This document shows positions 14,406-29,400 of a stretch of 64,000 bases of DNA, one piece after another. How positions within the stretch are numbered: the stretch's first letter is position 1; every line of letters starts with the position of its first letter. Where the stretch lies: positions 76,535-140,534 of the forward strand of contig JAUCBJ010004934.1 of assembly GCA_032718475.1 (NCBI GenBank), given 5' to 3'. The notes beneath the pieces were generated by a model. It had not been told where the DNA came from and did no database searches. It was given only the letters and a program-made list of their open reading frames with translations. The translations under genes were made by a program, and so were the position numbers. This DNA is from Nemertoderma westbladi (taxonomy: Eukaryota > Animalia > Xenacoelomorpha).

Positions 14406-17400
14406 TTCATTATATTTGCTACTAAAAATAAAGTAACTATATCAACATAGTTTGGTTACAGTCTAGAACTTTCATTATATTTGCTACTAAAAATAAAGTA
14501 ACTATATCAACATAGTTTGGGTACAGTCTAGAACTTTCATTATATTTGCTACTAAAAATTACTGAGAGCGAGAATAACATTATATTTGCTACTAAAAATA
14601 AAGTAACTATATCAACATAGTTTGGTTACAGTCTAGAACTTTCATTATATTTGCTACTAAAAATAAAGTAACTATATCAACATAGTTTGGTTACAGTCTA
14701 GAACTTTCATTATATTTGCTACTAAAAATAAAGTAACTATATCAACATAGTTTGGTTACAGTCTAGAACTTTCATTATATTTGCTACTAAAAATAAAGTA
14801 ACTATATCAACATAGTTTGGTTACAGTCTAGAACTTTCATTATATTTGCTACTAAAAATAAAGTAACTATATCAACATAGTTTGGGTACAGTCTAGAACT
14901 TTCATTATATTTGCTACTAAAAATAAAGTAACTATATCAACATAGTTTGGGTACAGTCTAGAACTTTCATTATATTTGCTACTAAAAATTACTGAGAGCG
15001 AGAATAACATTATATTTGCTACTAAAAATAAAGTAACTATATCAACACAGTTTGGGTACAGTCTAGAACTTTCATTATATTTGCTACTAAAAATAAAGTA
15101 ACTATATCAACATAGTTTGGTTACAGTCTAGAACTTTCATTATATTTGCTACTAAAAATAAAGTAACTATATCAACACAGTTTGGGTACAGTCTAGAACT
15201 TTCATTATATTTGCTACTAAAAATTACTGAGAGCGAGAATAACATTATATTTGCTACTAAAAATAAAGTAACTATATCAACACAGTTTGGGTACAGTCTA
15301 GAACTTTCATTATATTTGCTACTAAAAATAAAGTAACTATATCAACACAGTTTGGGTACAGTCTAGAACTTTCATTATATTTGCTACTAAAAATAAAGTA
15401 ACTATATCAACACAGTTTGGGTACAGTCTAGAACTTTCATTATATTTGCTACTAAAAATAAAGTAACTATCAAAACATAGTTTGGGTACAGTCTAGAACT
15501 TTCATTATATTTGCTACTAAAAATAAAGTAACTATATCAACACAGTTTGGGTACAGTCTAGAACTTTCATTATATTTGCTACTAAAAATAAAGTAACTAT
15601 ATCAACATAGTTTGGGTACAGTCTAGAACTTTCATTATATTTGCTACTAAAAATTACTGAGAGCGAGAATAACATTATATTTGCTACTAAAAATAAAGTA
15701 ACTATATCAACACAGTTTGGGTACAGTCTAGAACTTTCATTATATTTGCTACTAAAAATTACTGAGAGCGAGAATAACATTATATTTGCTACTAAAAATA
15801 AAGTAACTATATCAACACAGTTTGGGTACAGTCTAGAACTTTCATTATATTTGCTACTAAAAATTACTGAGAGCGAGAATAACATTATATTTGCTACTAA
15901 AAATAAAGTAACTATATCAACACAGTTTGGTTACAGTCTAGAACTTTCATTATATTTGCTATTAAAAATAAAGTAACTATATCAACACAGTTTGGGTACA
16001 GTCTAGAACTTTCATTATATTTGCTACTAAAAATAAAGTAACTATATCAACACAGTTTGGTTACAGTCTAGAACTTTCATTATATTTGCTACTAAAAATA
16101 AAGTAACTATATCAACATAGTTTGGGTACAGTCTAGAACTTTCATTATATTTGCTACTAAAAATAAAGTAACTATATCAACATAGTTTGGGTACAGTCTA
16201 GAACTTTCATTATATTTGCTACTAAAAATAAAGTAACTATATCAACATAGTTTGGGTACAGTCTAGAACTTTCATTATATTTGCTACTAAAAATAAAGTA
16301 ACTATATCAACATAGTTTGGGTACAGTCTAGAACTTTCATTATATTTGCTACTAAAAATAAAGTAACTATATCAACACAGTTTGGGTACAGTCTAGAACT
16401 TTCATTATATTTGCTACTAAAAATAAAGTAACTATATCAACACAGTTTGGGTACAGTCTAGAACTTTCATTATATTTGCTACTAAAAATAAAGTAACTAT
16501 ATCAACATAGTTTGGGTACAGTCTAGAACTTTCATTATATTTGCTACTAAAAATAAAGTAACTATATCAACACAGTTTGGGTACAGTCTAGAACTTTCAT
16601 TATATTTGCTACTAAAAATAAAGTAACTATATCAACACAGTTTGGGTACAGTCTAGAACTTTCATTATATTTGCTACTAAAAATAAAGTAACTATCAAAA
16701 CATAGTTTGGGTACAGTCTAGAACTTTCATTATATTTGCTACTAAAAATAAAGTAACTATATCAACATAGTTTGGGTACAGTCTAGAACTTTCATTATAT
16801 TTGCTACTAAAAATAAAGTAACTATATCAACATAGTTTGGGTACAGTCTAGAACTTTCATTATATTTGCTACTAAAAATAAAGTAACTATATCAACATAG
16901 TTTGGGTACAGTCTAGAACTTTCATTATATTTGCTACTAAAAATAAAGTAACTATATCAACACAGTTTGGGTACAGTCTAGAACTTTCATTATATTTGCT
17001 ACTAAAAATAAAGTAACTATCAAAACATAGTTTGGGTACAGTCTAGAACTTTCATTATATTTGCTACTAAAAATAAAGTAACTATATCAACATAGTTTGG
17101 GTACAGTCTAGAACTTTCATTATATTTGCTACTAAAAATAAAGTAACTATATCAACATAGTTTGGGTACAGTCTAGAACTTTCATTATATTTGCTACTAA
17201 AAATAAAGTAACTATATCAACACAGTTTGGGTACAGTCTAGAACTTTCATTATATTTGCTACTAAAAATAAAGTAACTATCAAAACATAGTTTGGGTACA
17301 GTCTAGAACTTTCATTATATTTGCTACTAAAAATAAAGTAACTATATCAACATAGTTTGGGTACAGTCTAGAACTTTCATTATATTTGCTACTAAAAATA

Positions 17401-20400
17401 AAGTAACTATATCAACATAGTTTGGGTACAGTCTAGAACTTTCATTATATTTGCTACTAAAAATAAAGTAACTATATCAACATAGTTTGGGTACAGTCTA
17501 GAACTTTCATTATATTTGCTACTAAAAATAAAGTAACTATATCAACACAGTTTGGGTACAGTCTAGAACTTTCATTATATTTGCTACTAAAAATAAAGTA
17601 ACTATCAAAACATAGTTTGGGTACAGTCTAGAACTTTCATTATATTTGCTACTAAAAATAAAGTAACTATATCAACATAGTTTGGGTACAGTCTAGAACT
17701 TTCATTATATTTGCTACTAAAAATAAAGTAACTATATCAACACAGTTTGGGTACAGTCTAGAACTTTCATTATATTTGCTACTAAAAATAAAGTAACTAT
17801 ATCAACATAGTTTGGGTACAGTCTAGAACTTTCATTATATTTGCTACTAAAAATAAAGTAACTATATCAACATAGTTTGGGTACAGTCTAGAACTTTCAT
17901 TATATTTGCTACTAAAAATAAAGTAACTATATCAACATAGTTTGGGTACAGTCTAGAACTTTCATTATATTTGCTACTAAAAATAAAGTAACTATATCAA
18001 CACAGTTTGGGTACAGTCTAGAACTTTCATTATATTTGCTACTAAAAATAAAGTAACTATCAAAACATAGTTTGGGTACAGTCTAGAACTTTCATTATAT
18101 TTGCTACTAAAAATAAAGTAACTATATCAACATAGTTTGGGTACAGTCTAGAACTTTCATTATATTAGCTACTAAAAATTACTGAGAGCGAGAATAACAT
18201 TATATTTGCTATTAAAAATAAAGTAACTATATCAACATAGTTTGGGTACAGTCTAGAACTTTCATTATATTAGCTACTAAAAATTACTGAGAGCGAGAAT
18301 AACATTATATTTGCTATTAAAAATAAAGTAACTATATCAACACAGTTTGGGTACAGTCTAGAACTTTCATTATATTTGCTACTAAAAATAAAGTAACTAT
18401 ATCAACATAGTTTGGGTACAGTCTAGAACTTTCATTATATTTGCTACTAAAAATAAAGTAACTATATCAACACAGTTTGGGTACAGTCTAGAACTTTCAT
18501 TATATTTGCTACTAAAAATAAAGTAACTATATCAACATAGTTTGGGTACAGTCTAGAACTTTCATTATATTTGCTACTAAAAATAAAGTAACTATATCAA
18601 CACAGTTTGGGTACAGTCTAGAACTTTCATTATATTTGCTACTAAAAATAAAGTAACTATATCAACATAGTTTGGGTACAGTCTAGAACTTTCATTATAT
18701 TTGCTACTAAAAATAAAGTAACTATATCAACACAGTTTGGGTACAGTCTAGAACTTTCATTATATTTGCTACTAAAAATAAAGTAACTATATCAACATAG
18801 TTTGGGTACAGTCTAGAACTTTCATTATATTTGCTACTAAAAATAAAGTAACTATATCAACACAGTTTGGGTACAGTCTAGAACTTTCATTATATTTGCT
18901 ACTAAAAATAAAGTAACTATATCAACATAGTTTGGGTACAGTCTAGAACTTTCATTATATTTGCTACTAAAAATAAAGTAACTATATCAACACAGTTTGG
19001 GTACAGTCTAGAACTTTCATTATATTTGCTACTAAAAATAAAGTAACTATATCAACATAGTTTGGGTACAGTCTAGAACTTTCATTATATTTGCTACTAA
19101 AAATTACTGAGAGCGAGAATAACATTATATTTGCTACTAAAAATAAAGTAACTATATCAACACAGTTTGGGTACAGTCTAGAACTTTCATTATATTTGCT
19201 ACTAAAAATTACTGAGAGCGAGAATAACATTATATTTGCTACTAAAAATAAAGTAACTATATCAACACAGTTTGGGTACAGTCTAGAACTTTCATTATAT
19301 TTGCTACTAAAAATTACTGAGAGCGAGAATAACATTATATTTGCTACTAAAAATAAAGTAACTATATCAACACAGTTTGGGTACAGTCTAGAACTTTCAT
19401 TATATTTGCTACTAAAAATAAAGTAACTATATCAACACAGTTTGGGTACAGTCTAGAACTTTCATTATATTTGCTACTAAAAATAAAGTAACTATATCAA
19501 CATAGTTTGGGTACAGTCTAGAACTTTCATTATATTTGCTACTAAAAATAAAGTAACTATATCAACATAGTTTGGGTACAGTCTAGAACTTTCATTATAT
19601 TTGCTACTAAAAATAAAGTAACTATCAAAACATAGTTTGGGTACAGTCTAGAACTTTCATTATATTTGCTACTAAAAATAAAGTAACTATATCAACATAG
19701 TTTGGGTACAGTCTAGAACTTTCATTATATTTGCTACTAAAAATAAAGTAACTATATCAACATAGTTTGGGTACAGTCTAGAACTTTCATTATATTTGCT
19801 ACTAAAAATAAAGTAACTATATCAACATAGTTTGGATACAGTCTAGAACTTTCATTATATTTGCTACTAAAAATAAAGTAACTATATCAACATAGTTTGG
19901 GTACAGTCTAGAACTTTCATTATATTTGCTACTAAAAATAAAGTAACTATATCAACATAGTTTGGGTACAGTCTAGAACTTTCATTATATTTGCTACTAA
20001 AAATAAAGTAACTATATCAACATAGTTTGGATACAGTCTAGAACTTTCATTATATTTGCTACTAAAAATAAAGTAACTATCAAAACATAGTTTGGGTACA
20101 GTCTAGAACTTTCATTATATTTGCTACTAAAAATAAAGTAACTATCAAAACATAGTTTGGGTACAGTCTAGAACTTTCATTATATTTGCTATTAAAAATA
20201 AAGTAACTATATCAACACAGTTTGGGTACAGTCTAGAACTTTCATTATATTTGCTACTAAAAATAAAGTAACTATATCAACATAGTTTGGGTACAGTCTA
20301 GAACTTTCATTATATTTGCTACTAAAAATTACTGAGAGCGAGAATAACATTATATTTGCTACTAAAAATAAAGTAACTATATCAACACAGTTTGGGTACA

Positions 20401-23400
20401 GTCTAGAACTTTCATTATATTTGCTACTAAAAATTACTGAGAGCGAGAATAACATTATATTTGCTACTAAAAATAAAGTAACTATATCAACACAGTTTGG
20501 GTACAGTCTAGAACTTTCATTATATTTGCTACTAAAAATTACTGAGAGCGAGAATAACATTATATTTGCTACTAAAAATAAAGTAACTATATCAACACAG
20601 TTTGGGTACAGTCTAGAACTTTCATTATATTTGCTACTAAAAATAAAGTAACTATATCAACACAGTTTGGGTACAGTCTAGAACTTTCATTATATTTGCT
20701 ACTAAAAATAAAGTAACTATATCAACATAGTTTGGGTACAGTCTAGAACTTTCATTATATTTGCTACTAAAAATAAAGTAACTATATCAACATAGTTTGG
20801 GTACAGTCTAGAACTTTCATTATATTTGCTACTAAAAATTACTGAGAGCGAGAATAACATTATATTTGCTACTAAAAATAAAGTAACTATATCAACACAG
20901 TTTGGGTACAGTCTAGAACTTTCATTATATTTGCTACTAAAAATAAAGTAACTATATCAACATAGTTTGGGTACAGTCTAGAACTTTCATTATATTTGCT
21001 ACTAAAAATTACTGAGAGCGAGAATAACATTATATTTGCTACTAAAAATAAAGTAACTATATCAACATAGTTTGGGTACAGTCTAGAACTTTCATTATAT
21101 TTGCTACTAAAAATTACTGAGAGCGAGAATAACATTATATTTGCTACTAAAAATAAAGTAACTATATCAACATAGTTTGGGTACAGTCTAGAACTTTCAT
21201 TATATTTGCTACTAAAAATAAAGTAACTATATCAACATAGTTTGGGTACAGTCTAGAACTTTCATTATATTTGCTACTAAAAATAAAGTAACTATATCAA
21301 CATAGTTTGGGTACAGTCTAGAACTTTCATTATATTTGCTACTAAAAATAAAGTAACTATATCAACATAGTTTGGGTACAGTCTAGAACTTTCATTATAT
21401 TTGCTACTAAAAATAAAGTAACTATATCAACATAGTTTGGGTACAGTCTAGAACTTTCATTATATTTGCTACTAAAAATTACTGAGAGCGAGAATAACAT
21501 TATATTTGCTACTAAAAATAAAGTAACTATATCAACATAGTTTGGGTACAGTCTAGAACTTTCATTATATTTGCTACTAAAAATAAAGTAACTATATCAA
21601 CATAGTTTGGGTACAGTCTAGAACTTTCATTATATTTGCTACTAAAAATTACTGAGAGCGAGAATAACATTATATTTGCTACTAAAAATAAAGTAACTAT
21701 ATCAACATAGTTTGGGTACAGTCTAGAACTTTCATTATATTTGCTACTAAAAATAAAGTAACTATATCAACATAGTTTGGGTACAGTCTAGAACTTTCAT
21801 TATATTTGCTACTAAAAATTACTGAGAGCGAGAATAACATTATATTTGCTACTAAAAATAAAGTAACTATATCAACATAGTTTGGGTACAGTCTAGAACT
21901 TTCATTATATTTGCTACTAAAAATAAAGTAACTATATCAACATAGTTTGGGTACAGTCTAGAACTTTCATTATATTTGCTACTAAAAATTACTGAGAGCG
22001 AGAATAACATTATATTTGCTACTAAAAATAAAGTAACTATATCAACACAGTTTGGGTACAGTCTAGAACTTTCATTATATTTGCTACTAAAAATAAAGTA
22101 ACTATATCAACATAGTTTGGGTACAGTCTAGAACTTTCATTATATTTGCTACTAAAAATTACTGAGAGCGAGAATAACATTATATTTGCTACTAAAAATA
22201 AAGTAACTATATCAACACAGTTTGGGTACAGTCTAGAACTTTCATTATATTTGCTACTAAAAATAAAGTAACTATATCAACACAGTTTGGGTACAGTCTA
22301 GAACTTTCATTATATTTGCTACTAAAAATAAAGTAACTATATCAACATAGTTTGGGTACAGTCTAGAACTTTCATTATATTTGCTACTAAAAATTACTGA
22401 GAGCGAGAATAACATTATATTTGCTACTAAAAATAAAGTAACTATATCAACACAGTTTGGGTACAGTCTAGAACTTTCATTATATTTGCTACTAAAAATA
22501 AAGTAACTATATCAACATAGTTTGGGTACAGTCTAGAACTTTCATTATATTTGCTACTAAAAATTACTGAGAGCGAGAATAACATTATATTTGCTACTAA
22601 AAATAAAGTAACTATATCAACACAGTTTGGGTACAGTCTAGAACTTTCATTATATTTGCTACTAAAAATAAAGTAACTATATCAACACAGTTTGGGTACA
22701 GTCTAGAACTTTCATTATATTTGCTACTAAAAATAAAGTAACTATATCAACATAGTTTGGGTACAGTCTAGAACTTTCATTATATTTGCTACTAAAAATT
22801 ACTGAGAGCGAGAATAACATTATATTTGCTACTAAAAATAAAGTAACTATATCAACACAGTTTGGGTACAGTCTAGAACTTTCATTATATTTGCTACTAA
22901 AAATAAAGTAACTATATCAACATAGTTTGGGTACAGTCTAGAACTTTCATTGCGAGAGCGAGAATAACATTATATTTGCTACTAAAAATAAAGTAACTAT
23001 ATCAACACAGTTTGGGTACAGTCTAGAACTTTCATTATATTTGCTACTAAAAATAAAGTAACTATATCAACATAGTTTGGGTACAGTCTAGAACTTTCAT
23101 TGCGAGAGCGAGAATAACATTATATTTGCTACTAAAAATAAAGTAACTATATCAACATAGTTTGGGTACAGTCTAGAACTTTCATTATATTTGCTACTAA
23201 AAATAAAGTAACTATATCAACACAGTTTGGGTGCAGTCTAGAACTTTCATTATATTTGCTACTAAAAATAAAGTAACTATATCAACACAGTTTGGGTGCA
23301 GTCTAGAACTTTCATTATATTTGCTACTAAAAATAAAGTAACTATATCAACACAGTTTGGGTACAGTCTAGAACTTTCATTATATTTGCTACTAAAAATA

Positions 23401-26400
23401 AAGTAACTATATCAACATAGTTTGGGTACAGTCTAGAACTTTCATTATATTTGCTACTAAAAATAAAGTAACTATATCAACATAGTTTGGGTACAGTCTA
23501 GAACTTTCATTATATTTGCTACTAAAAATAAAGTAACTATATCAACACAGTTTGGGTGCAGTCTAGAACTTTCATTATATTTGCTACTAAAAATAAAGTA
23601 ACTATATCAACACAGTTTGGGTACAGTCTAGAACTTTCATTATATTTGCTACTAAAAATAAAGTAACTATATCAACATAGTTTGGGTACAGTCTAGAACT
23701 TTCATTATATTTGCTACTAAAAATAAAGTAACTATATCAACACAGTTTGGGTGCAGTCTAGAACTTTCATTATATTTGCTACTAAAAATAAAGTAACTAT
23801 ATCAACACAGTTTGGGTACAGTCTAGAACTTTCATTATATTTGCTACTAAAAATAAAGTAACTATATCAACACAGTTTGGGTACAGTCTAGAACTTTCAT
23901 TATATTTGCTACTAAAAATTACTGAGAGCGAGAATAACATTATATTTGCTACTAAAAATAAAGTAACTATATCAACACAGTTTGGGTACAGTCTAGAACT
24001 TTCATTATATTTGCTACTAAAAATAAAGTAACTATATCAACATAGTTTGGGTACAGTCTAGAACTTTCATTATATTTGCTACTAAAAATTACTGAGAGCG
24101 AGAATAACATTATATTTGCTACTAAAAATAAAGTAACTATATCAACATAGTTTGGGTACAGTCTAGAACTTTCATTATATTTGCTACTAAAAATAAAGTA
24201 ACTATATCAACATAGTTTGGGTACAGTCTAGAACTTTCATTATATTTGCTACTAAAAATTACTGAGAGCGAGAATAACATTATATTTGCTACTAAAAATA
24301 AAGTAACTATATCAACACAGTTTGGGTAGAGTCTAGAACTTTCATTATATTTGCTACTAAAAATTACTGAGAGCGAGAATAACATTATATTTGCTACTAA
24401 AAATAAAGTAACTATATCAACATAGTTTGGGTACAGTCTAGAACTTTCATTATATTTGCTACTAAAAATTACTGAGAGCGAGAATAACATTATATTTGCT
24501 ACTAAAAATAAAGTAACTATATCAACATAGTTTGGGTACAGTCTAGAACTTTCATTATATTTGCTACTAAAAATAAAGTAACTATATCAACATAGTTTGG
24601 GTACAGTCTAGAACTTTCATTATATTTGCTACTAAAAATAAAGTAACTATATCAACATAGTTTGGGTACAGTCTAGAACTTTCATTATATTTGCTACTAA
24701 AAATAAAGTAACTATATCAACATAGTTTGGGTACAGTCTAGAACTTTCATTATATTTGCTACTAAAAATAAAGTAACTATATCAACATAGTTTGGGTACA
24801 GTCTAGAACTTTCATTATATTTGCTACTAAAAATTACTGAGAGCGAGAATAACATTATATTTGCTACTAAAAATAAAGTAACTATATCAACATAGTTTGG
24901 GTACAGTCTAGAACTTTCATTATATTTGCTACTAAAAATAAAGTAACTATATCAACATAGTTTGGGTACAGTCTAGAACTTTCATTATATTTGCTACTAA
25001 AAATTACTGAGAGCGAGAATAACATTATATTTGCTACTAAAAATAAAGTAACTATATCAACATAGTTTGGGTACAGTCTAGAACTTTCATTATATTTGCT
25101 ACTAAAAATAAAGTAACTATATCAACATAGTTTGGGTACAGTCTAGAACTTTCATTATATTTGCTACTAAAAATAAAGTAACTATATCAACATAGTTTGG
25201 GTAGAGTCTAGAACTTTCATTATATTTGCTACTAAAAATTACTGAGAGCGAGAATAACATTATATTTGCTACTAAAAATAAAGTAACTATATCAACACAG
25301 TTTGGGTACAGTCTAGAACTTTCATTATATTTGCTACTAAAAATTACTGAGAGCGAGAATAACATTATATTTGCTACTAAAAATAAAGTAACTATATCAA
25401 CATAGTTTGGGTACAGTCTAGAACTTTCATTATATTTGCTACTAAAAATTACTGAGAGCGAGAATAACATTATATTTGCTACTAAAAATAAAGTAACTAT
25501 ATCAACATAGTTTGGGTACAGTCTAGAACTTTCATTATATTTGCTACTAAAAATAAAGTAACTATATCAACATAGTTTGGGTACAGTCTAGAACTTTCAT
25601 TATATTTGCTACTAAAAATAAAGTAACTATATCAACATAGTTTGGGTAGAGTCTAGAACTTTCATTATATTTGCTACTAAAAATTACTGAGAGCGAGAAT
25701 AACATTATATTTGCTACTAAAAATAAAGTAACTATATCAACATAGTTTGGGTACAGTCTAGAACTTTCATTATATTTGCTACTAAAAATTACTGAGAGCG
25801 AGAATAACATTATATTTGCTACTAAAAATAAAGTAACTATATCAACATAGTTTGGGTACAGTCTAGAACTTTCATTATATTTGCTACTAAAAATAAAGTA
25901 ACTATATCAACATAGTTTGGGTACAGTCTAGAACTTTCATTATATTTGCTACTAAAAATAAAGTAACTATATCAACATAGTTTGGGTACAGTCTAGAACT
26001 TTCATTATATTTGCTACTAAAAATAAAGTAACTATATCAACATAGTTTGGGTAGAGTCTAGAACTTTCATTATATTTGCTACTAAAAATTACTGAGAGCG
26101 AGAATAACATTATATTTGCTACTAAAAATAAAGTAACTATATCAACATAGTTTGGGTAGAGTCTAGAACTTTCATTATATTTGCTACTAAAAATTACTGA
26201 GAGCGAGAATAACATTATATTTGCTACTAAAAATAAAGTAACTATATCAACATAGTTTGGGTACAGTCTAGAACTTTCATTATATTTGCTACTAAAAATT
26301 ACTGAGAGCGAGAATAACATTATATTTGCTACTAAAAATAAAGTAACTATATCAACATAGTTTGGGTACAGTCTAGAACTTTCATTATATTTGCTACTAA

Positions 26401-29400
26401 AAATAAAGTAACTATATCAACATAGTTTGGGTACAGTCTAGAACTTTCATTATATTTGCTACTAAAAATTACTGAGAGCGAGAATAACATTATATTAGCT
26501 ACTAAAAATAAAGTAACTATATCAACACAGTTTGGGTACAGTCTAGAACTTTCATTATATTTGCTACTAAAAATTACTGAGAGCGAGAATAACATTATAT
26601 TTGCTACTAAAAATAAAGTAACTATATCAACATAGTTTGGGTACAGTCTAGAACTTTCATTATATTTGCTACTAAAAATAAAGTAACTATATCAACATAG
26701 TTTGGGTACAGTCTAGAACTTTCATTATATTTGCTACTAAAAATTACTGAGAGCGAGAATAACATTATATTTGCTACTAAAAATAAAGTAACTATATCAA
26801 CATAGTTTGGGTACAGTCTAGAACTTTCATTATATTTGCTACTAAAAATAAAGTAACTATATCAACATAGTTTGGGTACAGTCTAGAACTTTCATTATAT
26901 TTGCTACTAAAAATAAAGTAACTATATCAACATAGTTTGGGTACAGTCTAGAACTTTCATTATATTTGCTACTAAAAATAAAGTAACTATATCAACACAG
27001 TTTGGGTACAGTCTAGAACTTTCATTATATTTGCTACTAAAAATAAAGTAACTATATCAACACAGTTTGGGTACAGTCTAGAACTTTCATTATATTTGCT
27101 ACTAAAAATAAAGTAACTATATCAACATAGTTTGGGTACAGTCTAGAACTTTCATTATATTTGCTACTAAAAATAAAGTAACTATATCAACATAGTTTGG
27201 GTACAGTCTAGAACTTTCATTATATTTGCTACTAAAAATTACTGAGAGCGAGAATAACATTATATTTGCTACTAAAAATAAAGTAACTATATCAACACAG
27301 TTTGGGTACAGTCTAGAACTTTCATTATATTTGCTACTAAAAATAAAGTAACTATATCAACACAGTTTGGGTACAGTCTAGAACTTTCATTATATTTGCT
27401 ACTAAAAATAAAGTAACTATATCAACACAGTTTGGGTACAGTCTAGAACTTTCATTATATTTGCTACTAAAAATAAAGTAACTATATCAACACAGTTTGG
27501 GTACAGTCTAGAACTTTCATTATATTTGCTACTAAAAATAAAGTAACTATATCAACACAGTTTGGGTACAGTCTAGAACTTTCATTATATTTGCTACTAA
27601 AAATAAAGTAACTATATCAACATAGTTTGGGTACAGTCTAGAACTTTCATTATATTTGCTACTAAAAATAAAGTAACTATATCAACATAGTTTGGGTACA
27701 GTCTAGAACTTTCATTATATTTGCTACTAAAAATAAAGTAACTATATCAACATAGTTTGGGTACAGTCTAGAACTTTCATTATATTTGCTACTAAAAATA
27801 AAGTAACTATATCAACACAGTTTGGGTACAGTCTAGAACTTTCATTATATTTGCTACTAAAAATAAAGTAACTATATCAACATAGTTTGGGTACAGTCTA
27901 GAACTTTCATTATATTTGCTACTAAAAATAAAGTAACTATATCAACATAGTTTGGGTACAGTCTAGAACTTTCATTATATTTGCTACTAAAAATAAAGTA
28001 ACTATATCAACATAGTTTGGGTACAGTCTAGAACTTTCATTATATTTGCTACTAAAAATAAAGTAACTATATCAACACAGTTTGGGTACAGTCTAGAACT
28101 TTCATTATATTTGCTACTAAAAATAAAGTAACTATATCAACATAGTTTGGGTACAGTCTAGAACTTTCATTATATTTGCTACTAAAAATAAAGTAACTAT
28201 ATCAACATAGTTTGGGTACAGTCTAGAACTTTCATTATATTTGCTACTAAAAATAAAGTAACTATATCAACATAGTTTGGGTACAGTCTAGAACTTTCAT
28301 TATATTTGCTACTAAAAATAAAGTAACTATATCAACACAGTTTGGGTACAGTCTAGAACTTTCATTATATTTGCTACTAAAAATAAAGTAACTATATCAA
28401 CATAGTTTGGGTACAGTCTAGAACTTTCATTATATTTGCTACTAAAAATAAAGTAACTATATCAACATAGTTTGGGTACAGTCTAGAACTTTCATTATAT
28501 TTGCTACTAAAAATAAAGTAACTATATCAACATAGTTTGGGTACAGTCTAGAACTTTCATTATATTTGCTACTAAAAATAAAGTAACTATATCAACACAG
28601 TTTGGGTACAGTCTAGAACTTTCATTATATTTGCTACTAAAAATAAAGTAACTATATCAACATAGTTTGGGTACAGTCTAGAACTTTCATTATATTTGCT
28701 ACTAAAAATAAAGTAACTATATCAACATAGTTTGGGTACAGTCTAGAACTTTCATTATATTTGCTACTAAAAATAAAGTAACTATATCAACATAGTTTGG
28801 GTACAGTCTAGAACTTTCATTATATTTGCTACTAAAAATTACCGAGAGCGAGAATAACATTATATTTGCTACTAAAAATAAAGTAACTATATCAACATAG
28901 TTTGGGTACAGTCTAGAACTTTCATTATATTTGCTACTAAAAATTACCGAGAGCGAGAATAACATTATATTTGCTACTAAAAATAAAGTAACTATATCAA
29001 CACAGTTTGGGTACAGTCTAGAACTTTCATTATATTTGCTACTAAAAATTACCGAGAGCGAGAATAACATTATATTTGCTACTAAAAATAAAGTAACTAT
29101 ATCAACATAGTTTGGGTACAGTCTAGAACTTTCATTATATTTGCTACTAAAAATTACCGAGAGCGAGAATAACATTATATTTGCTACTAAAAATAAAGTA
29201 ACTATATCAACACAGTTTGGGTACAGTCTAGAACTTTCATTATATTTGCTACTAAAAATTACCGAGAGCGAGAATAACATTATATTTGCTACTAAAAATA
29301 AAGTAACTATATCAACACAGTTTGGGTACAGTCTAGAACTTTCATTATATTTGCTACTAAAAATTACCGAGAGCGAGAATAACATTATATTTGCTACTAA

